31,958 nucleotides of DNA from a virus (Duplodnaviria > Caudoviricetes), in the IMG/VR virus record IMGVR_UViG_3300012943_000023, positions 1 through 31,958 of that record; one strand, given 5' to 3'. A program made the translations under genes and the position numbers. Numbering within the stretch: the stretch's first letter is position 1; each line of letters opens with the position of its first letter. Positions 1-8,786 of the stretch are shown piece by piece. The notes beneath the pieces were generated by a model. That model had not been told where the DNA came from. It saw only the letters and a program-made list of their open reading frames with translations, and ran no database searches.

Positions 1-123
1 TGTCAATGCCGTCTGATACGGTGCCAAGCGGGCCAGGGAGTTTCTTCAGTTCGCCAGAAAAGTCCTTAGCGAACTCCTTACCAGTTTTGTTCGCTTTTTC
101 TGACTTCGTTGAGATGTCCTCAA
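1..123. repeat. Terminal direct repeat (assembly overlap of a circular or circularly permuted genome), left copy
   Basis: 1-123 is identical to 31836-31958; the tape measure ORF reads in frame across the join. Confidence 0.97.
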
Positions 124-208
124 CGCTATCACCAATAGAGTTCAGGTCCTTCTGGGCCTCTTTGACACCAGTAGTGACAATCTTTATTAGTTTGGTGATT
201 ACACTCAC
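1..208 (-). CDS. Tape measure protein, 5' part (continues across the join to 30535)
   Basis: GTG at 208 directly after the TAA of the upstream ORF; reads VSVITKLIKIVTTGVKEAQKDLNSIGDS... in frame with ORF 30535..31743. Confidence 0.85.
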   Translation of the reverse strand, partial: MSVITKLIKIVTTGVKEAQKDLNSIGDSVEDISTKSEKANKTGKEFAKDFSGELKKLPGPLGTVSDGID

Positions 209-574
209 TTACTTTCCCCTATTCTCTCGGCACGCCTTCATATATGCAGCATCCATGGCCACAAGGATATTTATGAAGTATGGCCCGATGGTGTCGTCAA
301 ACAACTCCTCGTAGGCACGATACTCCGTCAATGGGATAGGCAGTTCGCCGCCCATTCCACCAAACTTACGTGACATGTTAAGGTATGAGAAACACGACGC
401 AAACAGATTGTTCATTGCGTCGAGTTCTTTTTCCTTATAGACGCCTGAGATTTTCTGGATGTCCCGAACTGACAACTGGCCTTCGATTTTGCGGCTACCA
501 AGGACTTCATCAGTGATAAAGTCCTTAAGTAGTTCAGTTCTGCTTGCGAAAAAAATTAGCCTTGTCCTGGACAA
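209..574 (-). CDS. Tail assembly chaperone, downstream (gpT-like) frame, probably reached by frameshift
   Basis: Lies between the gpG-like ORF and the tape measure; overlaps the gpG end at a T7 run; C-terminal GMGGELPIPLTEYRAY...LVAMDAAYM resembles gpT-type chaperones. Confidence 0.65.
   Translation of the reverse strand: MSRTRLIFFASRTELLKDFITDEVLGSRKIEGQLSVRDIQKISGVYKEKELDAMNNLFASCFSYLNMSRKFGGMGGELPIPLTEYRAYEELFDDTIGPYFINILVAMDAAYMKACRENRGK
268..275 (-). promoter_or_regulatory. NATAAATA late-promoter-like motif (CATAAATA)
   Basis: 60 nt upstream of tape measure start. Confidence 0.5.
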
Positions 575-881
575 TCTTCATGACGTCCTCGACAAGCCAC
601 TCGTTTTCCGTCTGCGACACCACGTCACGCACGTTCTCTGGCGTAAAGGCAAGTTCCATCTGGACTTCGTCCCAACCACGGATGATTGCGACCATAACGT
701 CCTCGACTGCCTTCTTCTGTTCCTTGAAGCCCTTCTTCTTGGCTTCCTCTGCAAGCAACATCTTCTCACGGACAAGAGTGTCCTGTGGGCCGGCGAGACG
801 CACCTTGATGCCCGTTGGACCAAGTGTGGAATGCACCAACTCGTGGTCGATTACCTGCGCTGATAGTTCTCTGAACTTCAT
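534..881 (-). CDS. Tail assembly chaperone (gpG-like)
   Basis: 115 aa between tail tube block and tape measure; AGGAG RBS; AIIRGWD...FTPENV...ANFF pattern typical of siphovirus chaperones. Confidence 0.75.
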   Translation of the reverse strand: MKFRELSAQVIDHELVHSTLGPTGIKVRLAGPQDTLVREKMLLAEEAKKKGFKEQKKAVEDVMVAIIRGWDEVQMELAFTPENVRDVVSQTENEWLVEDVMKIVQDKANFFRKQN

Positions 882-896
882 CTCTCTACTCCTTAC

Positions 897-1214
897 TTAA
901 ATTAACGTTTTCCTACCTTCAAGGATGTCCTCAATGTCATCTTCCAACTGAGGAATGTTGATTTCGACCATGCCGTCTGGCGCTTGGTCTGACCAACCTT
1001 CCTCGAGAACGTCGATGTATGGGGCATCGTTCGAAATCTCGCCGTCACCGTCAGCTGTCTCGTTTATCCAACGAGACGCTGCATATCCCGTATCAACAGG
1101 CGTGTCATCAACAACACGCCCAAAGAACTTATCGATGGCCCGCTGAATGAGGGCGCTGATGTTCCAGAAGTCCTTATCTTTTTGAGAGGACTTCTGGACC
1201 TCGATAACAATCAT
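897..1214 (-). CDS. HK97 gp10-like neck/tail completion protein
   Basis: TPVDTGYAASRW and ISNDAPYIDVLEEGWSDQAPDGMV motifs. Confidence 0.8.
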   Translation of the reverse strand: MIVIEVQKSSQKDKDFWNISALIQRAIDKFFGRVVDDTPVDTGYAASRWINETADGDGEISNDAPYIDVLEEGWSDQAPDGMVEINIPQLEDDIEDILEGRKTLI

Positions 1215-2131
1215 TACGCACTCTCAGTGATTGTCACCGTCACGCCGCTTGAAGACAGGGCCTGCCAGTCAACCGTCACCATAATCTGACCAGAACCACC
1301 AGAGTTAGGGATTTTGGCAGAGTTGAACTTTACCTTACCGAATGCGAAGGTGAGAGTGTTCGTACCGTCCGTCAACTGGATTGACAGAGTTGTCTCGCTT
1401 TCGTTCTTGAAGATGTTGTATTCGCTGAGGTCCTTGAAGAACAGCACTGACGTGCCGCTTACAACGAACTCACCGTCTGGTGCGGCAAAGCCTGAAGCAG
1501 AACCGATACCACGTAGCATCTTTGCATTACCATTGATGGCCCAGTTCAGTGTGCTTGCGTGGGTAACAGGGCTGCCACCAATGCTAAACGTTGAACCGAT
1601 GTGGGTAAATGGCTTGTAGTTGCCGATTGCAGTGAATGAACCAGCGGACGAAGAGGTCGAAATAGTCTCGCTTGCGCCGATGATGTCAAAGTTTGCAGTG
1701 ACAACACCTTCGGTTGTGAGTGCGAAGTTTGCAGCCGTTACCTTGCAACCCTTGTATACGAAGTATTGTGGGGTGTCAAGACCGAGGAACGCACGTTCGA
1801 ACTGGAACGAGTTTTCAGTCGTGCCGTTCGTGATTACGTGCGAAGACCAACCGCTTGAACCAAGTGCGCCGAGAAGCAGCATGTTGAGGTTCGAGTAGCA
1901 CAGTTCGGTCGAAATCGTGCCGCTGATGTCATAGTTACCATGACGTGACCAGCGTTCCGTGCGGTCTGGGCTGAGAACGGCGCTATCAAGCAGTGCCTTA
2001 TTCAGGGAAAGTGAGTTAGACACGAAAGGAACACCCTGCCAGGTTGGCGCTGGGCTTCCTGCGATGGAACCGAAGGAAGTCTCCTTCACCATCGTGAGTT
2101 GTTCTCTGTTGTTAGACTGGACGTTGGCCAT
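1214..2131 (-). CDS. Major tail (tube) protein
   Basis: 305 aa Ser/Thr/Gly-rich beta protein; KETSFG, SFQFER, YFVYKGCKV motifs; position after tail terminator; AGGAG RBS. Confidence 0.85.
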   Translation of the reverse strand: MANVQSNNREQLTMVKETSFGSIAGSPAPTWQGVPFVSNSLSLNKALLDSAVLSPDRTERWSRHGNYDISGTISTELCYSNLNMLLLGALGSSGWSSHVITNGTTENSFQFERAFLGLDTPQYFVYKGCKVTAANFALTTEGVVTANFDIIGASETISTSSSAGSFTAIGNYKPFTHIGSTFSIGGSPVTHASTLNWAINGNAKMLRGIGSASGFAAPDGEFVVSGTSVLFFKDLSEYNIFKNESETTLSIQLTDGTNTLTFAFGKVKFNSAKIPNSGGSGQIMVTVDWQALSSSGVTVTITESA

Positions 2132-2156
2132 TGTAATTTCTCCTTACGGGATGCTG

Positions 2157-2164
2157 TATTTATG
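2157..2164 (-). promoter_or_regulatory. NATAAATA late-promoter-like motif (CATAAATA)
   Basis: 26 nt upstream of tail tube start; contains the TAA stop of the upstream gene. Confidence 0.7.
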
Positions 2165-2549
2165 CGAACATCTCGTAGGAAACCTCTATCGGCGTCATCT
2201 GCCAAGCAGCGCCAGTAAGGGTGTCCCCGACGTTAGCATACTCAATGTCGAGTTTGTCGGTGCCGACGGTAATAGTTTGCGTATCGAGTGCGTCAGCAAT
2301 GTCCTCGACCGTTGAAAGCATGTCTGCAGTGCCAGAGACTGAAGGGTAAAACACCTCAATCGTAGCATTGCCTGTGTATTTCTTGTAGGTTCCGCCAATG
2401 GCAGCAATCTCAGTCTTGCTGTCCTCCATCTTCAGGCGTGCCCATGGCGTGCCAATCTTTGGGGTGTAGCGTTCGCCAGGAACGACTACCTTGATGTCTG
2501 AAACCGTGGCAATCTTGGCAACCACTGCTGTTCTAACTGTGTTAAGCAT
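2160..2549 (-). CDS. Tail terminator/completion protein
   Basis: Size and position before the tail tube; YTP...PWARL, G.ATIEVFYP...G, W..PIEVSY pattern. Confidence 0.7.
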   Translation of the reverse strand: MLNTVRTAVVAKIATVSDIKVVVPGERYTPKIGTPWARLKMEDSKTEIAAIGGTYKKYTGNATIEVFYPSVSGTADMLSTVEDIADALDTQTITVGTDKLDIEYANVGDTLTGAAWQMTPIEVSYEMFA

Positions 2550-2853
2550 TGGTTACTCCCAGCGTGTAGTAGATTGTCGTCTCACCGTCGATGTTCTTGA
2601 ACTCAACGGATGAGATTGCATACCTGTCCTTGCCGATGAGGAGGACGTCTGACACCTGTGGCAACTTCGAAAGGTTCGACACGTAGGCTGTCTTACCGAG
2701 GGAGATTGACATATCGCCCTGACCAGCAGCGTTTGTCATGATGACAGCGACGCACGAAGACTTACCACCTGCAGCGTGTTCGATTGCAGCGACACGACCA
2801 TACTTGGTAATCAGTCGTGTTGCGACTGTCTTCATCTTCGTTGAGAACGACAT
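2542..2853 (-). CDS. Head closure / head-tail joining protein
   Basis: Start reassigned to ATG 2853 (TAATG overlap with upstream stop); ATRLITKYGR and PQVSDVLLIG..YAI motifs; synteny. Confidence 0.65.
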   Translation of the reverse strand: MSFSTKMKTVATRLITKYGRVAAIEHAAGGKSSCVAVIMTNAAGQGDMSISLGKTAYVSNLSKLPQVSDVLLIGKDRYAISSVEFKNIDGETTIYYTLGVTNA

Positions 2854-3386
2854 TACGCACCCCTCGTCTGGGTGATGCTGTAATCGTCGGCTGTCTTCAG
2901 GAGTGGTTCCAAAATCATCCACACACGGTAAAACGTGTCCTCTTTGAAGGTGTTCTTATACGTGTATGTAGTGGAGATGTCGCCGATGCTTTCGGACTTC
3001 TGCGTTACGGCTGCCTCATCTTGGTTGTAGAGGTCCTTGCCGCCATAGATGAGTGCCGCCATCTCAATGGTGGCCTCAGACAGTTCAAGAGGAATGCCGT
3101 CGTTCTCGTCCCAGTCACGTTCATTGTCGTAACTGTCGTATGATTGGGAAATATCACGTGGCCACTGAAGGACCTGGCCGACTGGACGATAGCCGATGAA
3201 CTTCTTACCGAAGCGACGGTCAATAGACTTTGACGCACGCTTGAGTAGTTTCTCAAGTTCAGTGAGGTCGCCCTCTTCTGCGTCTTCAGGAAGTTCGTTT
3301 GATGGGAGGTCAAGACCGTATTCCTCAGCATAGGCCAAGGCGTCTTCAGGCGAAACGTAGGTCTCTACGGCAAATTCGATAGCCAT
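2853..3386 (-). CDS. Head-tail adaptor (DnaT-like phage neck family)
   Basis: YVS.EDA.AY, L.RAS..ID, LQWPR, IP.EL.EAT.EMA, ESIGDISTTY motifs; immediately after capsid gene. Confidence 0.8.
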   Translation of the reverse strand: MAIEFAVETYVSPEDALAYAEEYGLDLPSNELPEDAEEGDLTELEKLLKRASKSIDRRFGKKFIGYRPVGQVLQWPRDISQSYDSYDNERDWDENDGIPLELSEATIEMAALIYGGKDLYNQDEAAVTQKSESIGDISTTYTYKNTFKEDTFYRVWMILEPLLKTADDYSITQTRGA

Positions 3387-3418
3387 TTGATTGTCCTCGT
3401 GAAATCACGGTATGCAAC

Positions 3419-3426
3419 TATTTATG
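3419..3426 (-). promoter_or_regulatory. NATAAATA late-promoter-like motif (CATAAATA)
   Basis: 33 nt upstream of the adaptor start, just after the capsid terminator. Confidence 0.7.
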
Positions 3427-3442
3427 CAAAATCTTCCATCGA

Positions 3443-3476
3443 ATGAAACAATGGCCCGCTTTTGAGGGCGGGCCAT
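3443..3476 (-). terminator. Intrinsic terminator after major capsid gene
   Basis: 9-bp stem ATGGCCCGC/GCGGGCCAT (3451-3459/3468-3476) followed on the minus strand by TGTTTCAT. Confidence 0.75.
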
Positions 3477-3507
3477 CTCATCTTACGATGATTTAAGTTT
3501 CAGGCGA

Positions 3508-4380
3508 TTAAGCCAGCGGAACAACGGTCGAAGAGACCGAACGCAGCGAGTGGATTGGCAGCGCGGCGTCAAGCGTTACGATGCTGGTCCAAGCGTCCTT
3601 ACCAACTTCAACAGGAACTTCCTGGAAGGTGAAGCGGCCGCTTTCTGGTTCAACAGCGCACATACCGTCCATCTCATCGCCGACCACTGCGTACAGCGGG
3701 CTGGTGTCTGGGGATGGGGTCGTGGAGGTGCTGATGAAGTCGTTGCGAACGAAAGGAACACCGTCGTAAGCAAGGAAGTAAACGCCATTCAGTTCGATGG
3801 TTGTGATACCACCTGCGCCACGCATTGCCTTCTTGAGGACGTTCTCAACAGCAGCGTTACCCATGAGGAACGCACCCTGCTTCTTGTGCAGCTTAGCAAG
3901 GATTGCGTCGACGTTAGCGAAAACGTCAGAACCCGTGTAAGAAACTGCCTGAGAAGTTGCAGTGGTGCCAGTGTGGGTAGCGAGGGCAGAAACAAGCGCA
4001 GCCTGGAAGGCGTAGATTGCCTGCTTAGCACCTGCCTGAACAGCGAGGTCCTTCTTGACGGCTGCGCCCTGGGCGCCAGCAGCACGAAGGTCACGGTTCG
4101 GGATTGAGTGAGTGCCGACATACGACACGATTGGGAGTGCAACCTGAGTGCTTGAGATTGCAGTGCCGGCGGTGATTGTGCCGTCAGCGGCTACAGTCGT
4201 GCCAGAACCAATGTCTGCAAGGCGGTTGAACGTGTATGCTGAACCAGCAGTCGTTGCCCATGGAAGAACAATCGACAGTTCTGGTGCGACCTTCGTGTAA
4301 AGGTCAATCAGCTGAGTGTTAAGGTCTGCTGGAACATACTTGTTGTTCTCAGTGGACGTGAAGTCTACGAACTTTGCCAT
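3508..4380 (-). CDS. Major capsid protein (HK97 fold, inferred)
   Basis: 290 aa after scaffold; LPW....GSAYTFNR E-loop-like and YDGVPFVRNDFI motifs; strong AAGGAG RBS; followed by terminator. Confidence 0.85.
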   Translation of the reverse strand: MAKFVDFTSTENNKYVPADLNTQLIDLYTKVAPELSIVLPWATTAGSAYTFNRLADIGSGTTVAADGTITAGTAISSTQVALPIVSYVGTHSIPNRDLRAAGAQGAAVKKDLAVQAGAKQAIYAFQAALVSALATHTGTTATSQAVSYTGSDVFANVDAILAKLHKKQGAFLMGNAAVENVLKKAMRGAGGITTIELNGVYFLAYDGVPFVRNDFISTSTTPSPDTSPLYAVVGDEMDGMCAVEPESGRFTFQEVPVEVGKDAWTSIVTLDAALPIHSLRSVSSTVVPLA

Positions 4381-4415
4381 TTGAAATGTCTCCTTAGCGA
4401 TGTAAGGCTAAGGTG

Positions 4416-5075
4416 TTAGGCCCTCGCCTTGAAGTAGTTAATGGACGGTTTTGTTGAACCACCACTGTTGTTATTTATGCGAACGTCACCAGGATTGCCC
4501 CTCTTTTGCTGATGGGATGGTCCCTGTGACGGCTTGACGAAGTGAGGTGCTGCCTTTAGGGTGTCCGAAAGCCAGGTCTGGAGGGTCAACGGATTGCCCT
4601 TGCTGTCCTTCGCATCATCCTTGGCAACAATCTTGCCTTCGTCGTCTACAGAGAACACATTTGCGGCCCTGTAGAACAGGTCCTCATATGCGGTCTCATA
4701 CACACCTGCCTCTGCCGCTGCCTTACGAATGCCTCCACCGAGGACGTAATCAGCGATACGAGACTTGTATGTCTCATTCTGCTTTCTGATGTCTGCAGTT
4801 TCTGTATCGAATGTCTGCTGCATCGTAGCAATAGTGGCGTCGGACTTCTCCTTAGCCTTTGCTGCAATGCGCTGTTCCAAGGTATCAGGGGTTACACCGC
4901 CTTCACCAAAGATTGCTGCAAACCCAGCGTATTTGTCCTTTTCCTTCAACAGGTTAACGTTGTTGGTGCGGAACTCATCGAGACTGGTCTTGACCTTTTT
5001 GAAGTCTTCGTCACTGTGAAGGACACCTTCGACCTTGACGTATTCACCAGTTTCATTCTTTGTAAAGTATTCCAT
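4416..5075 (-). CDS. Capsid scaffolding protein
   Basis: Charged coiled-coil protein between portal and capsid; EFRTNN and W...L...APHFVKPSQG motifs. Confidence 0.8.
   Translation of the reverse strand: MEYFTKNETGEYVKVEGVLHSDEDFKKVKTSLDEFRTNNVNLLKEKDKYAGFAAIFGEGGVTPDTLEQRIAAKAKEKSDATIATMQQTFDTETADIRKQNETYKSRIADYVLGGGIRKAAAEAGVYETAYEDLFYRAANVFSVDDEGKIVAKDDAKDSKGNPLTLQTWLSDTLKAAPHFVKPSQGPSHQQKRGNPGDVRINNNSGGSTKPSINYFKARA
4472..4479 (-). promoter_or_regulatory. NATAAATA late-promoter-like motif (CATAAATA)
   Basis: Inside scaffold 3' end, 92 nt upstream of capsid start. Confidence 0.6.
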
Positions 5076-5121
5076 TTGTCACATCCTCCGGATGTTTGTT
5101 GTGCCACCGGCACGTTCAATG

Positions 5122-5129
5122 TATTTATG
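5122..5129 (-). promoter_or_regulatory. NATAAATA late-promoter-like motif (CATAAATA)
   Basis: 47 nt upstream of scaffold start; contains the portal TAA stop. Confidence 0.7.
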
Positions 5130-6303
5130 CGTTTTCTGTAATATCCGCTGCATTCACAAACTCTTTGTTGAGTTCGATTGTTGTGTTTACACCAGAGATT
5201 TCAGTGATTAGGGCGAGGGTCTTGTTCATCTGTGACTGCACTGCGTTCACGATGGTCGTAAGACTTGCCGTCTCAGCAGATGACCTGATTGCAAGGGCAT
5301 CAGCACTCTCACCAACCGCCTTAGGTGCAACGAGACGTGAACCGGCTGCCGTGCAGCGGTCCTCAATCTTCTCAATCTCACCTGACAGCATGTTGTAGGA
5401 CGAACCACTTACCTCAGTGTAGTCAAGTGTTGCATTGTCTTCAATGTTGGTGACGTTCTTAGTCGAACCAACATAAATCTTTGCCTTCGACTGGACGCCC
5501 TCGCTGTCAGTGTAGGTCTTTAGTTCACCCTTGAGTGTCAGCGTTGGCAGGGCCATGAAGTGGCCGTAGTGTGCCAAGTCGCAAGACATGCGATAGTGTT
5601 GAATGTTGAGTTCGGCCTGTGTGAACAGCGGTGGGGCAAATACTTCCCACGTGCTGTCAAACGGGTTGGCTGGAAACAGCGGGATGTAGTCGATTGGGGT
5701 GCCACGGATTAGGAACTGTGGCAGGTCCTCATACACCCAAGTGTCCTTCTTGCCCTTGCGCCACTGACGCACCTTGTATTCGTCCTTGCCAGTAGCAGGA
5801 TTAAACTCGAGATAGTGTTCAGTGTAAAGGTCGATGACAATCAACTCAAAGTAGTTATCTGGGTTCTCGACCTCTTCAGTGTCATGAACAACAACACGAC
5901 GGTCAGACCAGTTGATGATGTCGAAGCCGCTGTAAACTGTGACCTTCGGCTTACCATCAGCGTTGATGGACACGAGGTTGACGTTGCGACTTGTAAGAAG
6001 AATGTTCTTGTAGATGATGTTCAAGAACGCAGTGATTGACGAGAACTCGTGTATGAACTCTGAAGACTGAATAGGCGCGTTCGACGTAAGCTGTCCGATG
6101 AGTTCTGAAGTGGTCGGTGCGACAATGTTGTTAAAGCCGGCACGGTTAAGGTAGGCCTCACGTTCAAGTTCAGTCTGTTCCTCGAGTTTCTCGACGTAAG
6201 ACTTCACGTTGCCGGTGAATGCAGCGTTGGTGAGTTTTGCCTTTTCAACAAGCATCTCATATTCACGGTGTGCTGTCGATGGGTTTACATTTGACTTGGC
6301 CAT
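5125..6303 (-). CDS. Portal protein (DUF4055-type)
   Basis: Follows TerL; AYLNRAGFNN, DIINW, PPL...AELNIQHYR.S.D...H...LPTL motifs. Confidence 0.88.
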   Translation of the reverse strand: MAKSNVNPSTAHREYEMLVEKAKLTNAAFTGNVKSYVEKLEEQTELEREAYLNRAGFNNIVAPTTSELIGQLTSNAPIQSSEFIHEFSSITAFLNIIYKNILLTSRNVNLVSINADGKPKVTVYSGFDIINWSDRRVVVHDTEEVENPDNYFELIVIDLYTEHYLEFNPATGKDEYKVRQWRKGKKDTWVYEDLPQFLIRGTPIDYIPLFPANPFDSTWEVFAPPLFTQAELNIQHYRMSCDLAHYGHFMALPTLTLKGELKTYTDSEGVQSKAKIYVGSTKNVTNIEDNATLDYTEVSGSSYNMLSGEIEKIEDRCTAAGSRLVAPKAVGESADALAIRSSAETASLTTIVNAVQSQMNKTLALITEISGVNTTIELNKEFVNAADITENA

Positions 6304-6322
6304 TTCGTTCTAATCCTCTGGG

Positions 6323-7681
6323 TTAGAAACCAGACATCACCACCGGTGCGGTCTGTGTGTTCTTGAGTTTAAATTCTCGTAGCATGAAGTATCCGAATGC
6401 ATCCACCGGACCTGAAATCTCGATGTTGGTGTTACCCAGTCTGCGTCCCTTTTCAGGCTTGCTTGACTGGTCATAGCACTGCGTCTCGAGAGACATTGTC
6501 AGATACTTGCATGTGCTTGTATTTATGTAGCATCTTACTGTATCTGCGGCGGATAGCAGCATTCCGTTGACAGTGTTGATGCGGTCTTTCACTGAACCTG
6601 GGTAGTTTGAGTTGGTTGTGATGACCGTGAAGCCTGCATTGCGTAACTGGGCATGGTCGGTGTCAGCCGACGTAGTCGAACGGACATACTGACCTGATGC
6701 GTCAGGGTACACGAGAATACGACGGTTGCCATATGCTTCCTTGATGTCCTTGATGAGGGCTGGGGTGTTGAGTGCGCCCATCAACTCATTGACCACATAA
6801 ACGACCGGCTTACCATTCTCCGTGCGAATGACACACACAACAGCAGACATACCATTGTTGTTGAAGTCGATGCCAATATGAAGGACGTCCTTGCTGAAGT
6901 CAAGCAGTGTGCGGTGATGGCGCTTACGGTCGAAGGTGTAGTAGACACGACCTTCAGCCAGGGTGAAGACGCACATTACTTCCTGCTGGAACTCAACAGC
7001 CGACATGTCAAACTTCATCTGTTCAATCTCAGACTGTTTGATTGAACCGGCCTCAGTAGTAGGGATACGAACAGAATACCAACCGGCCTTATGCGATGTT
7101 CCTGCCTGCCCCATCATGTAACGGTCATACATGTGGTTGAAGCCACGCGCCGTTCCGGTGATTACACTGCCGCCCATGTTGTCCATCAACATTGGGAACA
7201 CGATTGGGATGATGCCAGGGTCCATTGACTGAAATTCGTCAAGGCGCACCTTGTCAAGTGACTGACCAAGTAGCGCTTCCCAGTTCTCAACGCCACGCAG
7301 GGACATCGTTGAACCGTTAACAAGGTCTGCGCCAAGGCGGCCTGAACCCTTGTTTAGTTTCTTCACCATGCCAGGCGGAATGAGGGGTGGCAGAATGACG
7401 TTGCCTGGTAGTTTAACACGTTCAAACAACATCTTCCACATCAGTTCTTCAGCCTGACCATGTGTGAGTGCCAGGAACCACTGGTTGGTGGTGCGGGCCT
7501 GCGCCATCAGCGCCATGTCAACGGCCTGCATTGTCGTCTTTGCTGAACGGCGGCCTGCAACGGCAACCTTGTGGCGTGATGGGTTCAAGATGAAGTCTGA
7601 CTGCCACGGAAGCAGTTCAAGTCGTGGCCCAGTAGGACCTTCCTTCACGTTTGGGATGAGTTCCTCTTCAAGCGAAAGCAT
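6323..7681 (-). CDS. terL: Terminase large subunit
   Basis: Q motif (LLPWQ), Walker A VAGRRSAKT, Walker B VRLDE, motif III TGTARGFNH, nuclease IGIDFN, YPDASG, DAFGY. Confidence 0.95.
   Translation of the reverse strand: MLSLEEELIPNVKEGPTGPRLELLPWQSDFILNPSRHKVAVAGRRSAKTTMQAVDMALMAQARTTNQWFLALTHGQAEELMWKMLFERVKLPGNVILPPLIPPGMVKKLNKGSGRLGADLVNGSTMSLRGVENWEALLGQSLDKVRLDEFQSMDPGIIPIVFPMLMDNMGGSVITGTARGFNHMYDRYMMGQAGTSHKAGWYSVRIPTTEAGSIKQSEIEQMKFDMSAVEFQQEVMCVFTLAEGRVYYTFDRKRHHRTLLDFSKDVLHIGIDFNNNGMSAVVCVIRTENGKPVVYVVNELMGALNTPALIKDIKEAYGNRRILVYPDASGQYVRSTTSADTDHAQLRNAGFTVITTNSNYPGSVKDRINTVNGMLLSAADTVRCYINTSTCKYLTMSLETQCYDQSSKPEKGRRLGNTNIEISGPVDAFGYFMLREFKLKNTQTAPVVMSGF
6520..6527 (-). promoter_or_regulatory. 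NATAAATA late-promoter-like motif (CATAAATA)
   Basis: Within terL 3' end, about 217 nt upstream of portal start. Confidence 0.45.
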
Positions 7682-8258
7682 CTTCCCACCTCATCTTAGG
7701 ATAAGCTGACACTGTGCTGTCAACGTTTAGATTGACAACGCTGATGTTGAGACGTTCAAGGTCCTTCAGCAAATGACCGTGCTGTGCACCAAAGAAGTGA
7801 AATGCCGTCTCCGGGTTGTCTACTGGCTTTTGCCCCTTACCGTCATCCGGCCACAAGTGATTGCCAACGGTTGACGGCTTGCCATCGTATCCCAGGAGAT
7901 ACACTGTAGTGTAGCCCAACTGAACAGCGAGGTTGATTGCTGCACACCCCGAGTTGAAGCCATGGCGCAGACACCCAGGCGTAGTTGAGATGCCACGTTC
8001 ACCGTCAAATAACCACTGACGATACCAGATGTTCTCCGGTTTATCGTCTACATACTGCACTACACCACGGTGACACTCGTGCTGGCGCAGTTCAGGTTCC
8101 CAGTCACGGTGAAATTCCTTGTCGGCCCAATACACGTGGGTTGGGTTCTTGAGGTAGATGAACGCACGGTTGATGGTTATCGTCTTCTTGTCGTCAAGTA
8201 AGCTGAAGTCGAAGGTGCGAAGTGATGGGCCGCCGGCAACAATAAAGACCTCACTCAT
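7668..8258 (-). CDS. Maf/DUF115-GT42-like glycosyltransferase-fold protein
   Basis: VFIVAGGPSL, TITINRAF, NSGCAAINLAVQLGYTTVYLLGYD..., later H: pattern of the Maf/CstII-like CMP-ulosonate transferase fold. Confidence 0.7.
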   Translation of the reverse strand: MSEVFIVAGGPSLRTFDFSLLDDKKTITINRAFIYLKNPTHVYWADKEFHRDWEPELRQHECHRGVVQYVDDKPENIWYRQWLFDGERGISTTPGCLRHGFNSGCAAINLAVQLGYTTVYLLGYDGKPSTVGNHLWPDDGKGQKPVDNPETAFHFFGAQHGHLLKDLERLNISVVNLNVDSTVSAYPKMRWEDAFA

Positions 8259-8766
8259 TATGCGTCTCCGTGTAGTCTGCCTCTATTGACGGCTGCTGGT
8301 ACAATGGTTGCTGTGGTTGCTGCCCCTGAAAAACGATGGTTGGGGCAATGACCTGAGATGGTGTGTCAGTCTTCGCCTCATCGGTCTTGTTAATGCGGTG
8401 CAGCCTGTCGAGTTCCTGTCGCTGCGACTTCGACGTGTTGTCTGTTGCCACCATCCAAGTCAGGTCCATAAGGGCCTCAGCGGCATACGAATAGCCACGG
8501 TTGATGGTGACGTCTATTGACGGGTAGAACTCACGGATTTCGGCGAACTGTGCTACAGTGTAGCCAAGGCGATACGCCATTGCAGCCGGCTTGAATGATT
8601 TACGTGCCAGGCTGTCACAGACAGCGAGAATGTCTGCCTCAGAATGCTTACAGAATGATGGCACGACCTTTGCAGGGGCCAAAGTCTGTTCGAGTTGTTG
8701 GCTTACTCCGTCACGGACGGCAAGCCAGTAGTCAGTCTGTTCCACGGGAACTCCATACGCACCCAC
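8251..8766 (-). CDS. Putative terminase small subunit
   Basis: HTH-like AAMAYRLGYTVAQFAE..EFYPSI...INRG; position upstream of terL; low-complexity tail. Confidence 0.55.
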   Translation of the reverse strand: MGAYGVPVEQTDYWLAVRDGVSQQLEQTLAPAKVVPSFCKHSEADILAVCDSLARKSFKPAAMAYRLGYTVAQFAEIREFYPSIDVTINRGYSYAAEALMDLTWMVATDNTSKSQRQELDRLHRINKTDEAKTDTPSQVIAPTIVFQGQQPQQPLYQQPSIEADYTETHNE

Positions 8767-8778
8767 CGGGTGATACAG

Positions 8779-8786
8779 TATTTATG
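8779..8786 (-). promoter_or_regulatory. NATAAATA late-promoter-like motif (CATAAATA)
   Basis: Upstream of putative terS; contains the TAA stop of the GT29-like gene. Confidence 0.65.

Noticed and set aside
1-123. Biological terminal repeat or att site
   Set aside because: Falls mid-gene and is exact; best explained as assembler overlap of a circular or permuted genome
7530-7565. TerL Walker A reads GRRSAKT rather than GRRxGKT, suggesting inactivation
   Set aside because: The catalytic Lys-Thr, Walker B and nuclease motifs are intact; treated as a natural variant
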